From NCBI GenBank assembly GCA_031388585.1, contig JANMRU010000141.1:3160-67159 (forward strand): DNA of 64,000 nt, given 5' to 3'. The position numbers and the translations under genes are program-made. Source of the stretch: Pseudanabaena sp. SOY_30_concoct_251 (GTDB taxonomy: Bacteria > Cyanobacteriota > Cyanobacteriia > Pseudanabaenales > Pseudanabaenaceae). Below, piece by piece: positions 28,657 to 38,957 of this stretch. The notes under the pieces are model-generated. The model ran no database searches. It was not told the origin of the DNA and was given only the letters and a program-made list of their open reading frames with translations. The first letter of the stretch is position 1. Each line of letters starts with the position of its first letter.

Positions 28657-28725
28657 TATAGCAATCCATGAAAATTGCAAGTTGGGGGTGAGGAGGCTGC
28701 GCCCTCACGAAGGTGTTCCACATAT
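28657..28725 (+). mobile_element. MITE-like repeat (family C), copy or fragment
   Basis: tatagcaatccatgaaaattgcaagttgggggtgaggaggctgcgccctcac matches the other family C copies. Confidence 0.55.
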
Positions 28726-28775
28726 TTAACTTGGCATTAGTAGTGGTGTAGATGGTGTTAGTTAGTGTGGAACCC

Positions 28776-28815
28776 AAAAAGCCGCTTGCTTGGCACTGAG
28801 TGCGGTAAACGGCTT
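28776..28815 (-). terminator. Rho-independent terminator of ftsH
   Basis: The minus strand reads AAGCCG..(GCAC/GUGC inner stem)..CGGCUU followed by UUUUU, about 40 nt after the stop. Confidence 0.6.
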
Positions 28816-28852
28816 GATTGGAGTGAGCTAATTAAGCAATGAGCAAAGAACC

Positions 28853-30703
28853 TTAGAGAATGCCTGCTAGTCTGACATCGCTGGTGTTGATAATCTCCTG
28901 CAACTCATCAGAATCAACGGTTTCATGTTCGATTAGGAGTTCGGCAATTCGGTCAAGGATGTGACGATTTTGAGTCAATACCAGTTTGGCACGCTTATAA
29001 GCAGCATCTACTAGATCGCTCACCTCAGCATCGATTACGGCGGCGGTTTCCTCTGAGAAATCGCGCTCGGACATAATGTCGCGTCCGAGGAACATATTGC
29101 CGCTAGAACGACCAAGGGCAATGGGACCCAGCTTATCGCTCATGCCAAAACGCATGATCATCTGGCGAGCTGTTGAGGCTACTTGTTGCAGATCGCTCGA
29201 AGCACCTGTGGTGACTTCCGCTTCGCCAAATACAATTTCTTCAGCGAGACGACCACCGAGCGCGACTGCCATTTGATTTTGCAGGTAAGAACGGCTTTGC
29301 ATCCTGTCTTCTGTGGGTAGAAACCAGGTAAGACCTCCAGCCCGACCGCGAGGAATAATCGTGACTTTCTGCACAGCGTCGTAGTCTGGCAATAAAGCAC
29401 CAACTAGTGCATGGCCAGCTTCGTGATACGCTACCAGTTTTTTGCGCTTATCACTCATTACCCGATCTTTCTTCTCGGGGCCAGCTAAGACGCGATCGAC
29501 GGCATCATTGATCTCATCCATTGAGATTTCAGTGAGATTGCGACGTGCGGCGAGAATGGCAGCTTCATTGAGCAGGTTAGACAGATCGGCGCCTGTGAAA
29601 CCAGGCGTACGACGGGCGATTTTTTCTAGATCGACATCTTGACCTAGAGTCTTACCACGAGCGTGAACGCCCAAAATTTCAAGGCGACCAGCAAAATCGG
29701 GGCGATCTACAACTACCTGGCGATCGAAGCGACCTGGGCGTAATAGCGCTGCATCTAATACATCGGGACGGTTAGTCGCGGCAATGATGATGATGCCAGT
29801 ATTGCCTTCAAACCCATCCATTTCGGTGAGTAACTGGTTGAGGGTTTGCTCGCGCTCGTCGTTACCGCCACCTAAGCCGGCACCGCGTTGACGACCTACT
29901 GCATCAATTTCATCAATGAAGACGATGCAGGGAGCGTTAGACTTGGCTTGCTCGAACAGGTCGCGAACTCTGGACGCACCCACGCCGACAAACATTTCTA
30001 CAAATTCTGAACCAGAAATACTAAAGAAAGGTACGCCTGCTTCGCCGGCTACAGCCCGAGCTAACAGAGTCTTACCGGTACCAGGAGGCCCCACCAACAG
30101 TACGCCCTTAGGGATTTTCGCTCCTACGGCTGTGAAGCGATCGGAATTTTTGAGGAAATCTACTACTTCGGTTAACTCCAATTTGGCTTGTTCGATACCC
30201 GCAACATCGCTAAATGTAACCTGGGTTTGTGGCTCCATTTGAACTCTGGCTTTGGACTTGCCAAAGTTCATGGCCTGACTGCCGGGCCCAACCTGGGCAC
30301 GACGTAGCAAAAAGAACAGACCCACTAGCAACAAAATTGGCAAAATAAGATTGCTTAGGGTCTGCCATACAGCAACATCATTGCGTCGTGGTGCAACGTC
30401 TATATCAACATCGTTGGCATCAAGAATGTTGACAAAATCTGGATCGTTTGGGAGATTAACTCGTACTTTTTTATTACCTGTAGCACCCCCAGCAATATAG
30501 GCTTCTGCCCAGGAGCGATCGTTATTGAGTATTACCTTAGATACTGTACGAGGTTTACTCTCTACTGCCTCTAACAATCGACTATAACGCCATTCTTCTT
30601 GAGGTTTAGTTTGGCTACTATCTATCAATGTCGTACCTAGCGTAACTGCCACAATTGCCAGCAGTGCATATAGACCGAAACTTCTCAAATTCTTATTCTT
30701 CAA
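28853..30703 (-). CDS. ftsH: ATP-dependent zinc metalloprotease FtsH
   Basis: AAA Walker [18 protein letters not shown], the second region of homology, and the HEAGHA zinc site. Confidence 0.95.
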   Translation of the reverse strand: MKNKNLRSFGLYALLAIVAVTLGTTLIDSSQTKPQEEWRYSRLLEAVESKPRTVSKVILNNDRSWAEAYIAGGATGNKKVRVNLPNDPDFVNILDANDVDIDVAPRRNDVAVWQTLSNLILPILLLVGLFFLLRRAQVGPGSQAMNFGKSKARVQMEPQTQVTFSDVAGIEQAKLELTEVVDFLKNSDRFTAVGAKIPKGVLLVGPPGTGKTLLARAVAGEAGVPFFSISGSEFVEMFVGVGASRVRDLFEQAKSNAPCIVFIDEIDAVGRQRGAGLGGGNDEREQTLNQLLTEMDGFEGNTGIIIIAATNRPDVLDAALLRPGRFDRQVVVDRPDFAGRLEILGVHARGKTLGQDVDLEKIARRTPGFTGADLSNLLNEAAILAARRNLTEISMDEINDAVDRVLAGPEKKDRVMSDKRKKLVAYHEAGHALVGALLPDYDAVQKVTIIPRGRAGGLTWFLPTEDRMQSRSYLQNQMAVALGGRLAEEIVFGEAEVTTGASSDLQQVASTARQMIMRFGMSDKLGPIALGRSSGNMFLGRDIMSERDFSEETAAVIDAEVSDLVDAAYKRAKLVLTQNRHILDRIAELLIEHETVDSDELQEIINTSDVRLAGIL

Positions 30704-30830
30704 TGCTCATTGCTCCATCCGAGGGATATATTTAGATTTTAGAGGCTTTGTAATTATTAAATAATATTAACTTAATAGCCCCAATTGTTGGATCCTTGCT
30801 GGCTATGCCTGAAGAGTGAAAACCCGATAT

Positions 30831-31940
30831 CTAAGCGTATTTCCCTAGCATCAGATTGGGGCTAGCTTGAATGCCTTGCAACAGCTTTTCTTGCTCCTCC
30901 ACGGTTCTAACGCAAATACGGAAATAGCGATCGCCCAGTTCAGGAAAGCTATGACAATCACGAATTAGGATGCGGTGTTCTGCGAGCAGGTAATTGCGTA
31001 ACTGTATGACAGACTTCGCTTCCGACTCAACTAGCAAAAAATTCGCCGCCCCCACAATTGGTTTCATCCCCGAAATTTTACCTAGATTTTGATACAAGCT
31101 GCTTCTAGCGGTGGGCAACCATTGCCATGTTTTCTGCTGATATTCTTTATCCCCAAGCGCGGCGATCGCGGCTTCCATCGCTAAACAATTTACACTCCAG
31201 GGGTCGCGCCACATCTGCCAAGTACGCAGGCGGTCGGGGTGGGCGATCGCATAACCAATGCGCAGCCCTGGCAGGGCATAGAACTTTGTCAGCGATCGCA
31301 GAATGACCAGATTAGGGTGCGACTCCACTAGATCGACCAGACTCTGCGATGCCTCGGGCGGCAAGAAATCCATAAATGCCTCATCAATGACTACGAGGTC
31401 ATAGCGCTCTAAAAATTGGATGAGGCGATCGCGTTGATATAGCTTACCCGTAGGATTATGTGGATTGTTCAGCAGAATGCCTTCAGATTCACTTGCGGGA
31501 TTGAGTAACAAGGAATAGTCATTTACATAATCTTCATCTTGGGCAAACGCTATTGGGATTTTCTCCAAGTTCGCACCCGCAGCTTTTAAGGCTCGAAAAT
31601 AGTCAGTAAAGGCTGGGACTGGCAGTTTGACTGCGGCCAAGGCGGATAGATCTTTACCTACCCAAGTCAAAAGTTCGGCAACACCATTACCTGGCAATAT
31701 GCAATCGGGTGAAATCTGGTGATGTGCGGCAATGGCTTGCCTGAGACGGCTGTAATTGGGATCGGGGTAGTGATGAATTTGGGCAAAAACTACGGGCGAT
31801 CGCAATGTCTGGGCAACGGACTCAGGCATACCTAAAGGGTTAATACTGGCCGAAAAATCTAAGATTTCTTCTGGTTTACAACCCGCTATACTCGCTGCCC
31901 ACTCTATATTTCCACCATGAGAAGGTTGGTCTAAGTTCAT
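30831..31940 (-). CDS. cobD: Threonine-phosphate decarboxylase (CobD) / class I-II aminotransferase family
   Basis: The N-terminal HGGN motif followed by DFSASINPLG is typical of CobD. The PLP-lysine region is SLTKFYALPGLRIGY. Confidence 0.75.
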   Translation of the reverse strand: MNLDQPSHGGNIEWAASIAGCKPEEILDFSASINPLGMPESVAQTLRSPVVFAQIHHYPDPNYSRLRQAIAAHHQISPDCILPGNGVAELLTWVGKDLSALAAVKLPVPAFTDYFRALKAAGANLEKIPIAFAQDEDYVNDYSLLLNPASESEGILLNNPHNPTGKLYQRDRLIQFLERYDLVVIDEAFMDFLPPEASQSLVDLVESHPNLVILRSLTKFYALPGLRIGYAIAHPDRLRTWQMWRDPWSVNCLAMEAAIAALGDKEYQQKTWQWLPTARSSLYQNLGKISGMKPIVGAANFLLVESEAKSVIQLRNYLLAEHRILIRDCHSFPELGDRYFRICVRTVEEQEKLLQGIQASPNLMLGKYA

Positions 31941-32000
31941 TTATTCACCGCCAAACATCCTTTGCAACATGCGACGGTTTTCGATACTAACTCACCGATC

Positions 32001-33725
32001 TTAATCTAAGGACAAGAATATCTGACCGCGCCTGACGTTTGGACTATCCTTGGGATTTGATGCCACACTTGCTAGGTTAATTGCTCTGATGTGTTTAAAG
32101 AGCGGCATGTCGTCGTCGGCAACTGCGTTCCGCACTAGTTTGAACAAAGCTGTATCGGGTAATAATGCGGCTAAATCTATTTGCTGGTCAGTATAGGCAT
32201 AGCTCTGGTAATTGTGGGGTAATGTAGCTGCGATCGCCTTGGATTTCTCTGAGTTAGTTATACTTTTTCGATCGCTGGCTAGAGCCTTCGTTGCCTCAAT
32301 TGCTTCTATGGCCTCGACAGAGTTGGCGATCGAGACTAGATCGGGAGTCTGACTGCGCACCGCTGCTACCGTACCAGTTATTGATGCCTTGTCAGATTTG
32401 ACGCTAACGGCACTGAGGCGCGTCCAAACTGTTAGTTCGCGACCGTTTACTTCAATATTACCGACGGTGAGCTTACCTTTACTGCGAGCGCGATCGTCAA
32501 GTTGAGCGATCGCGGCTTTAGAAGTTTCAGCATTTGTTTTTTGGGCGACAAATACCCAGTCAGGAGCCTTATCTGCAACCGGTAATAAGCCGATCGCATA
32601 GTCACCATTGACCCAGTTAAAAACATCCTGTTCTAGGTTTAACCCCAAGTTGGAAGCTAAGTTGGCGATCGCTTGATTGCAAAATGTTGCCAATTCAGGA
32701 TAAGGCTGCAAAACGGAGCTGATTTGCTGCCAGGTTTGCTTTAAGTCGCGTCCCACAATTAACGAACTATTCTGAGGGAGAATTTGGAAGGCTTTATTGT
32801 CAGTAAAAATAGATGAGTTAGATGGATTTGCGGCGCTTACAGGTAGTTTAGCGAGTGATTCCAGAGTTAATAATGTTTCCGCTTTTATCCCTGCACGATC
32901 TAACCCTAACCCAAGGGTAATACCAGCCTCAGGTAGGTTCGCAAAACTAGTAGGTAAAGCCTTATTGACTGTTCCCCATCTACCTAACTCAGACAAATTG
33001 GCAAATGCTACGCCAATATGAGCTTCTGATAATTGGTTGAGGCTATTTTGATAGTTGCTGACGCTTGCGAGCGCTAAATCTGGTACCTGAATGTCGTTAA
33101 TGGCATTGCGAATTACTTTAGGATCGTTAGCTAGCAACACAAACTTGCCCAGAATTGTCGCGGTCAGCCCAGGGTACTTTGATGTGGATGTGGCATAAAT
33201 AAAAGGCACGCCCTGATACTGCTCAAAGGCCAGATCCATGCCTGCGACTGCCTGTCTCTGCCAGAATGAGTCCACGGATTTCTTGGCTATAACAGGTTTA
33301 TCGATCGCTAGAGCTAGCAGATATCCAGGTTGTAGTCCATTTGCAGACTGACGGTCTAAATCGGGTGTGGTGACGGCCAAAGTGACTTCATTGCCCACCC
33401 AAGGTTTGACATCTTGGTCATAGTCCAATGCCCATACTTGTTTGACTGCCTGCTTGAGATCTCGAATTTCGTTACGAAGGGCAGCGCGATCGCCAGGTCT
33501 AGCTGATAGTTGTGCGGACAAGCTCAATTTATCGGGATTAACCAGGAATGATGCGACTAATGGTGATCGCTTCGGCAAAAATGTGGCGGCAGCAGGCTGT
33601 ACCGTGACACCCTGCAATAGGTTGCCAGGCGAGGCACTCAAAACCCTCGATACTGCTGTGATACTAAGAAACAGTAATACAACTGCCGCAGCCGCAATAA
33701 CAATAACAACTGATTTGGCCTTCAT
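32001..33725 (-). CDS. DUF3352-like protein (N-terminal membrane anchor, large periplasmic part)
   Basis: 574 aa with an N-terminal TM helix. The block YDQDVKPWVGNEVTLAV parallels FERDIQPWLGSMTFAV in the paralog at 38958..40616. Family assignment is from memory only. Confidence 0.5.
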   Translation of the reverse strand: MKAKSVVIVIAAAAVVLLFLSITAVSRVLSASPGNLLQGVTVQPAAATFLPKRSPLVASFLVNPDKLSLSAQLSARPGDRAALRNEIRDLKQAVKQVWALDYDQDVKPWVGNEVTLAVTTPDLDRQSANGLQPGYLLALAIDKPVIAKKSVDSFWQRQAVAGMDLAFEQYQGVPFIYATSTSKYPGLTATILGKFVLLANDPKVIRNAINDIQVPDLALASVSNYQNSLNQLSEAHIGVAFANLSELGRWGTVNKALPTSFANLPEAGITLGLGLDRAGIKAETLLTLESLAKLPVSAANPSNSSIFTDNKAFQILPQNSSLIVGRDLKQTWQQISSVLQPYPELATFCNQAIANLASNLGLNLEQDVFNWVNGDYAIGLLPVADKAPDWVFVAQKTNAETSKAAIAQLDDRARSKGKLTVGNIEVNGRELTVWTRLSAVSVKSDKASITGTVAAVRSQTPDLVSIANSVEAIEAIEATKALASDRKSITNSEKSKAIAATLPHNYQSYAYTDQQIDLAALLPDTALFKLVRNAVADDDMPLFKHIRAINLASVASNPKDSPNVRRGQIFLSLD

Positions 33726-33783
33726 AAGAAAAACTTGGGAGACAGCGCTTATCGTGATTCACTTTAGTACACTTTGTGGCCAA

Positions 33784-33896
33784 TATAGCTATCGCCAATT
33801 AGGTTAGAACGGGGTGGAGGGGTAGAACCCCTCCGTGGGGCATTGCCCCCACACCCCCAATTAAAATCTGTCCTAACAATCTAGGCGCTGGCTATA
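33784..33896 (+). mobile_element. MITE-like repeat (family A), copy 2
   Basis: Near-identical over about 113 bp to 16751..16864, with only a handful of substitutions or indels by eye. Confidence 0.8.
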
Positions 33897-33943
33897 AATA
33901 ACCAGTCTTTCGACTGGCTTAACTGATTAATCTTCGTATTGGG

Positions 33944-35197
33944 TTATCGTTGAGATTTCTGATTTAGCTGTGCGATCGCATCCGCAACTATGCTTGTAGC
34001 TCGCTCGATCTCATCCACTGTTACCACTAGAGGTGGTACGAACCTGACGACTTTTGGCCCAGCAGGAACTAAGAGTAGACCGCGCTCGATACAAGCCTGC
34101 ACAATATCGCGAGATGCGATCGGATCTGAATCTGCAATCACCAGCCCCTGAATCAGCCCCCAACCGCGTACATTTACAAACTTGTCGGGATAATTCTGCG
34201 CGATCGCCAACAAACCCTCCCGTAATTGCTGTCCGCGCGCTCTGACATTTGCAATCAGCTCATCTTTCTCTAAGGTATGGCAAACAGTCAATGCCATCTG
34301 ACAAGCGAAAGGATTACCCCCAAAGGTACTAGCATGGTCGCCCGCTTCAAAAACATCGCAGCCACTTTTACATAGCATCGCGCCGATGGGGATACCGCCA
34401 CCTAAACCCTTGGCAGAGGTGAAGATATCGGGCTGAATGCCAAGATTTTCGTAGCCCCAGAGCTTTCCACTGCGTCCCATTCCAACCTGAACCTCATCAA
34501 GAATTAGCAAAGCTTTCTGCTCGTCGCAGATCTGGCGCACGCGCTGGAAATACGCGCGATCGCCTGGGCAGACACCACCCTCACCCTGCAAAGCTTCAAG
34601 CATAATTGCACAGAGTCGTCCTTCATACTTAGCCACAGCCGCTTCTAGCGCCGCAATATCGTTGTAGGGAACATAGTCAAATCCCGGTACTAATGGGTCA
34701 AAATTTTTCTGATACTTGGGCTGGCCTGTGGCTGTGATTGTGGCGAGCGTCCTGCCATGAAAGCTGGCATTAGCCGTGAGAATTACGGGTGCGTCGATAC
34801 CTAGCTTCGTGTGGGCATACTTTCTAGCAAGCTTGATTGCCCCTTCATTAGCCTCAGCACCAGAGTTACAGAAAAATGCTTTATCCGCGCAGGAATTTTG
34901 CACTAGCCATTTGGCTAATTCGCCCTGAGGCGGAACGTAGAACAAGTTAGAAACATGGTGTAGCTTTTGCATCTGCTCAGTTGCAGCTTGCACCATAGCG
35001 GGATGGGCATGACCGAGCGTACAAGTGGCTATACCAGCCACAAAATCCAAATATTCCTTACCATTGCTGTCCCATACTCGACAACCGCTACCGCGTTCTA
35101 AAGAAATCGGAAATCTGGCATACGTACCCATGACGTACTTATCGAAGTCAGACGTGCCTGTTTGGGTTTCTTCAATAGCGAGCGTAGTTGGAGACAT
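33944..35197 (-). CDS. argD: Acetylornithine aminotransferase (class III aminotransferase)
   Basis: YARFPISLERGSGCRVWD..GKEYLDF..GIATCTLGHAHP, LILDEVQVGMGRSGK and the FTSAKGLGGG PLP-lysine motif. Confidence 0.9.
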   Translation of the reverse strand: MSPTTLAIEETQTGTSDFDKYVMGTYARFPISLERGSGCRVWDSNGKEYLDFVAGIATCTLGHAHPAMVQAATEQMQKLHHVSNLFYVPPQGELAKWLVQNSCADKAFFCNSGAEANEGAIKLARKYAHTKLGIDAPVILTANASFHGRTLATITATGQPKYQKNFDPLVPGFDYVPYNDIAALEAAVAKYEGRLCAIMLEALQGEGGVCPGDRAYFQRVRQICDEQKALLILDEVQVGMGRSGKLWGYENLGIQPDIFTSAKGLGGGIPIGAMLCKSGCDVFEAGDHASTFGGNPFACQMALTVCHTLEKDELIANVRARGQQLREGLLAIAQNYPDKFVNVRGWGLIQGLVIADSDPIASRDIVQACIERGLLLVPAGPKVVRFVPPLVVTVDEIERATSIVADAIAQLNQKSQR

Positions 35198-35319
35198 AGG
35201 GTTGTACGCAAATGAGGTTAATAAAATTTAGTTCATCATAAATTATGCACTATCCCCAATTTGTGTTCCCCCAAGCAAATAACCAGAATGTGCGCCAAAT
35301 ACCTATAGCTCGATCTGGG

Positions 35320-35913
35320 CTAGGAATGGGTTAGAGCCGTGGCGATCGCCCAGCTATCAGTCAGTAAAAGCAGGATTGTCAAGACTAAGAGAATTAAGTA
35401 CATCCACGGTTGTGCTAGAGGTTTAACATCCCTGGTATCAATACCAGTTTTAGCTTCGACTGTTTGAACTAAACGGGCGAACCCCACTACGCGCATCGGC
35501 AACAAATAACCTCGACCCTCATGGCTGAGGAAGTAGTAGACCAAGCCACCCTGTCCTGTTGTTCGCGGTTTGAGTGCCTTCACATCCTGCCATGCCAGTG
35601 ACCAACCCTGACGCAGGAAACGCGGAACCCAACCAGGATAGGTTACTTGAATACCGCAATCGTTCAATAAAACTCGTTCGCTGAGGACAGCATAAAGACC
35701 GATAAAGCCAACACCTAAGCCAAAAATCATCACTTCTGGAGAAACTGATGCATTAGTAAACTTTGCCAGAAAAGGTAAAGGCGCAGTAAGGGCAATATAC
35801 AGACCCAGCAGAGTTATCCGAATTAGTGGTGAAATCCGAAAAGTATCAGTTATGACTTCAGGTATTTCCGTGGGGAGATTTGGCGAGCGATCTACAAATT
35901 GATCGGTTGACAT
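35320..35913 (-). CDS. Hypothetical membrane protein
   Basis: 197 aa with several hydrophobic helices. No family recognised. Confidence 0.5.
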   Translation of the reverse strand: MSTDQFVDRSPNLPTEIPEVITDTFRISPLIRITLLGLYIALTAPLPFLAKFTNASVSPEVMIFGLGVGFIGLYAVLSERVLLNDCGIQVTYPGWVPRFLRQGWSLAWQDVKALKPRTTGQGGLVYYFLSHEGRGYLLPMRVVGFARLVQTVEAKTGIDTRDVKPLAQPWMYLILLVLTILLLLTDSWAIATALTHS

Positions 35914-36005
35914 AGCTCAAATAGTTACAAATCTTAAAGATATTTACTATTATCAATAAATTCAAGCGATCAATAACTTTTATTTTCTAGGCGTGTCCAT
36001 AAAAA

Positions 36006-36296
36006 CTAGGTTCGTGAATTCCTTGATGGGTTAGCTTCAACATTCAAAAAGCTACCATTACATATCTGAAACTGTGCTTGTTCATTTGGTCTGAGGCTAG
36101 AACGGACATATTGGCTTAAATTTCTTCCCTGAGAATTGCGATACCTGGTTTTAACATTGATTACAGTTCCACTGGTGGTGTTAGTGGTCACATACTTTAT
36201 GCAGCCGCGACTCCCTCCTTGAATTGCTGATGTAGGCAGGGAGAATACGGGCAATGACTGAGCCATCAGAAAAACCAGGCTGGCAATTTTAAACAT
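36006..36296 (-). CDS. Small secreted hypothetical protein
   Basis: 96 aa with a signal-like N-terminus MFKIASLVFLMAQSLPVFSLPTSA. Confidence 0.45.
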   Translation of the reverse strand: MFKIASLVFLMAQSLPVFSLPTSAIQGGSRGCIKYVTTNTTSGTVINVKTRYRNSQGRNLSQYVRSSLRPNEQAQFQICNGSFLNVEANPSRNSRT

Positions 36297-36472
36297 TTAA
36301 GCACTGAAGTACGTTAGTTAAAAAGTACCAAAATGTCTAGCAAAAAGACACTTGAACAAGCATGATAAGCAGGCAATTGCGTAAACGCGTAGAATTATAG
36401 TTAAAAAGAGTAGCTACTTAAGATGTCGCATGATTACATCTTTGAGTGAAGGCATCTTAAGTGAGGAGAAAT

Positions 36473-37048
36473 ATGAGTGTACCTGTACTAGACAAAAAGG
36501 TTTGGCTTGGCTTGGCTGTTGCCGCTGCGATCGGGAGTGGTGGCACTGCAGCATTGCTCTACAGTAACAAGGTGACTTACGATCCACCTAACATTCCCCA
36601 ATCGCCAACAAGAAACTCGCCAGTAAGTGATGAGCTACTCGTGACGATGTATTGGATTGAATCTAGGGAAAAGCGGTTTGTGGCTGTACCAACTACGGTG
36701 AAGACGGCCAAAAGTGAAGTAGCGTTAAGAACCGCCCTCTCGACGATGATTGAAGAACCAGTAAAACAGCCTGGACTATATAGTGCCATTCCTCCCAAGA
36801 CTAAAGTACTGGATTTTACAATTAAAGATAAGAATATCCAATTGAATCTATCCAAGGAGTTTACTTCTGGCGGTGGCAGTGCCAGCATGATCGGCCGCGT
36901 AGTCCAGGTGCTATACACATCTACCAGTCTCGATCCAGATGCCAAGCTTTTCTTGTCGATCGAGGGTAAACCGCTCAACTATCTGGGTGGAGAAGGCTTG
37001 GAGATCCAACAACCAATTACACGTAAAGACTTTGCCCTGGAATTTTAA
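36473..37048 (+). CDS. GerMN domain-containing protein
   Basis: Membrane anchor plus the pattern VTMYWIES...FVAVPTTV...LNLSKEFTSGGGSASMIGRVVQVLYT typical of GerMN. A GAGGAG precedes the ATG at 36473. Confidence 0.65.
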   Translation: MSVPVLDKKVWLGLAVAAAIGSGGTAALLYSNKVTYDPPNIPQSPTRNSPVSDELLVTMYWIESREKRFVAVPTTVKTAKSEVALRTALSTMIEEPVKQPGLYSAIPPKTKVLDFTIKDKNIQLNLSKEFTSGGGSASMIGRVVQVLYTSTSLDPDAKLFLSIEGKPLNYLGGEGLEIQQPITRKDFALEF

Positions 37049-37148
37049 ACTAGGTATGAATTCTTAATAAAAACTTGTGCTGTATTGGGGATCGCAGGAG
37101 GTCGGGTTAAGGTGGTGAAGATCCCAAGAAACGACTTAACCCACGCTT

Positions 37149-38567
37149 ATGGCAAACGATAAACAAAGCTTTGGTTTAATTGGCCTCGCTGTCATGGGAG
37201 AAAATTTGGCGCTGAACATCGAGCGCAATGGCTTTCCCATTACGGTCTATAACCGCAGCCGTGACAAGACTGACAAGTTTATGGCGACTCGCGCCGTCGG
37301 GAAAAATGTTAAGGCCGCATATACGATCGCCGAACTGGTGGCATCATTAGAGCGCCCACGCAAAGTCATGATCATGGTAAAGGCTGGCGCGCCTGTAGAT
37401 GCGGTGATTGATGAACTCAAACCGCTCTTAGAACCTGGGGATATTATCATCGACGGGGGGAATTCTCACTTCCCCGATACTGATCGCCGCACTATTGATT
37501 TAGAGAAAGCCCAATTGCAATTTATCGGCATGGGTGTTAGCGGTGGTGAGGAAGGCGCATTAAATGGGCCAAGCATGATGCCAGGTGGACAAAAGTCTGC
37601 CTATGCTGCGATTGAGCCGATTGTGACGAAAATTGCGGCCCAAGTGGATGATGGCGCTTGTGTTACCTACATTGGCCCTGGCAGTGCTGGACACTACGTC
37701 AAAATGGTGCATAACGGCATTGAATATGGCGATATGCAGTTGATTGCCGAGGCTTACGATCTGCTAAAAACAGGCGTAGGTATGGGAGCATCCGAGCTGC
37801 ACGAGACGTTTACAGCTTGGAACATGACAGAGTTAGAGTCATTTTTAATTGAAATTACGGCTGACATCTTTACCAAAATGGACGATCGCACAAGCGAACC
37901 ATTGGTAGACAAAATCATGGATGCCGCTGGGCAAAAGGGAACTGGCAAATGGACCGTCGAAACCGCCTTCGATCTAGGCGTAGCTATTCCCACCATGATC
38001 TCAGCCGTCACAGCACGGGTAATGTCTTCCTATAAAAAGGAACGCGTTGCGGCTTCACAAGTACTTACCAGTAATACAACAGGTAAGTATGAAGGCGATC
38101 GCGCTGAGTTTATCAATGCGGTGCGCGATGCGCTTTACTGCTCAAAAATTTGCTCTTATGCTCAGGGCATGGCACTTTTAGGCAAGGCATCGAAAGAGTA
38201 CAAGTATGAACTCAATCTTGCTGAAGTAGCGCGTATTTGGAAGGGTGGCTGCATTATCCGCGCTGTCTTCCTCGATAAGATTAAGCAAGCTTTCAAGCGC
38301 AATCCTGAACTACCTAATTTGCTGGTAGACAGCGATTTCACCCAGACTATCCTTAGCAAGGAAAATTCCTGGAGACTAGTGGTACAGTCGGCAGCTAAGC
38401 TCGGTATTCCTATACCTGCGTTTAGTGCTTCGCTGGACTATTTCGATAGCTATCGCCGCGATCGCCTGCCCCAAAACCTAACGCAAGCGCAACGCGATTA
38501 CTTTGGCGCTCATACCTACGAGCGTACAGATATGGAAGGTTCCTTCCACACTGAGTGGTTTAGCTAG
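37149..38567 (+). CDS. gnd: 6-phosphogluconate dehydrogenase, decarboxylating
   Basis: GLIGLAVMGENLALN N-terminus, GMGVSGGEEGA, HNGIEYGDMQLI and IWKGGCIIR. Confidence 0.95.
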   Translation: MANDKQSFGLIGLAVMGENLALNIERNGFPITVYNRSRDKTDKFMATRAVGKNVKAAYTIAELVASLERPRKVMIMVKAGAPVDAVIDELKPLLEPGDIIIDGGNSHFPDTDRRTIDLEKAQLQFIGMGVSGGEEGALNGPSMMPGGQKSAYAAIEPIVTKIAAQVDDGACVTYIGPGSAGHYVKMVHNGIEYGDMQLIAEAYDLLKTGVGMGASELHETFTAWNMTELESFLIEITADIFTKMDDRTSEPLVDKIMDAAGQKGTGKWTVETAFDLGVAIPTMISAVTARVMSSYKKERVAASQVLTSNTTGKYEGDRAEFINAVRDALYCSKICSYAQGMALLGKASKEYKYELNLAEVARIWKGGCIIRAVFLDKIKQAFKRNPELPNLLVDSDFTQTILSKENSWRLVVQSAAKLGIPIPAFSASLDYFDSYRRDRLPQNLTQAQRDYFGAHTYERTDMEGSFHTEWFS

Positions 38568-38620
38568 CGATTTAACTAGAACGCGATCGCCACTTTTTTG
38601 ATTTCACTTCCTCAATATTG

Positions 38621-38657
38621 AGCAGTGCGGTAGCCATGCCGCGCTGCTTTTTTATTT
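38621..38657 (+). terminator. Rho-independent terminator of gnd
   Basis: AGCAGUGCGG uagccaug CCGCGCUGCU followed by UUUUUUAUU. Confidence 0.75.
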
Positions 38658-38957
38658 ACAGCAGTTATCGATCGAACGCCCATAAAAAAGGCCGCAGGGC
38701 GCGTACCGAAATAAATGAGTTCCGATTGGAATAAGGTAATTCGGATTTTAGAATAATTTCACTAGCTGTTTCTACTTCTAAACTAAACTCGTAATTGAAG
38801 TTTGCTTTCAAGCGATCGCATCTTTATCTCAGGATATCGAAGTGAACCACGAAAAGTAGGTTGGCTAGGCTAGATCGACTAAAAATCCCCAAATCAAAGC
38901 ATATTCTTTACCAACGAAACATTGTAGACTGATCCTAATCGAACTGAATCAAAGCAT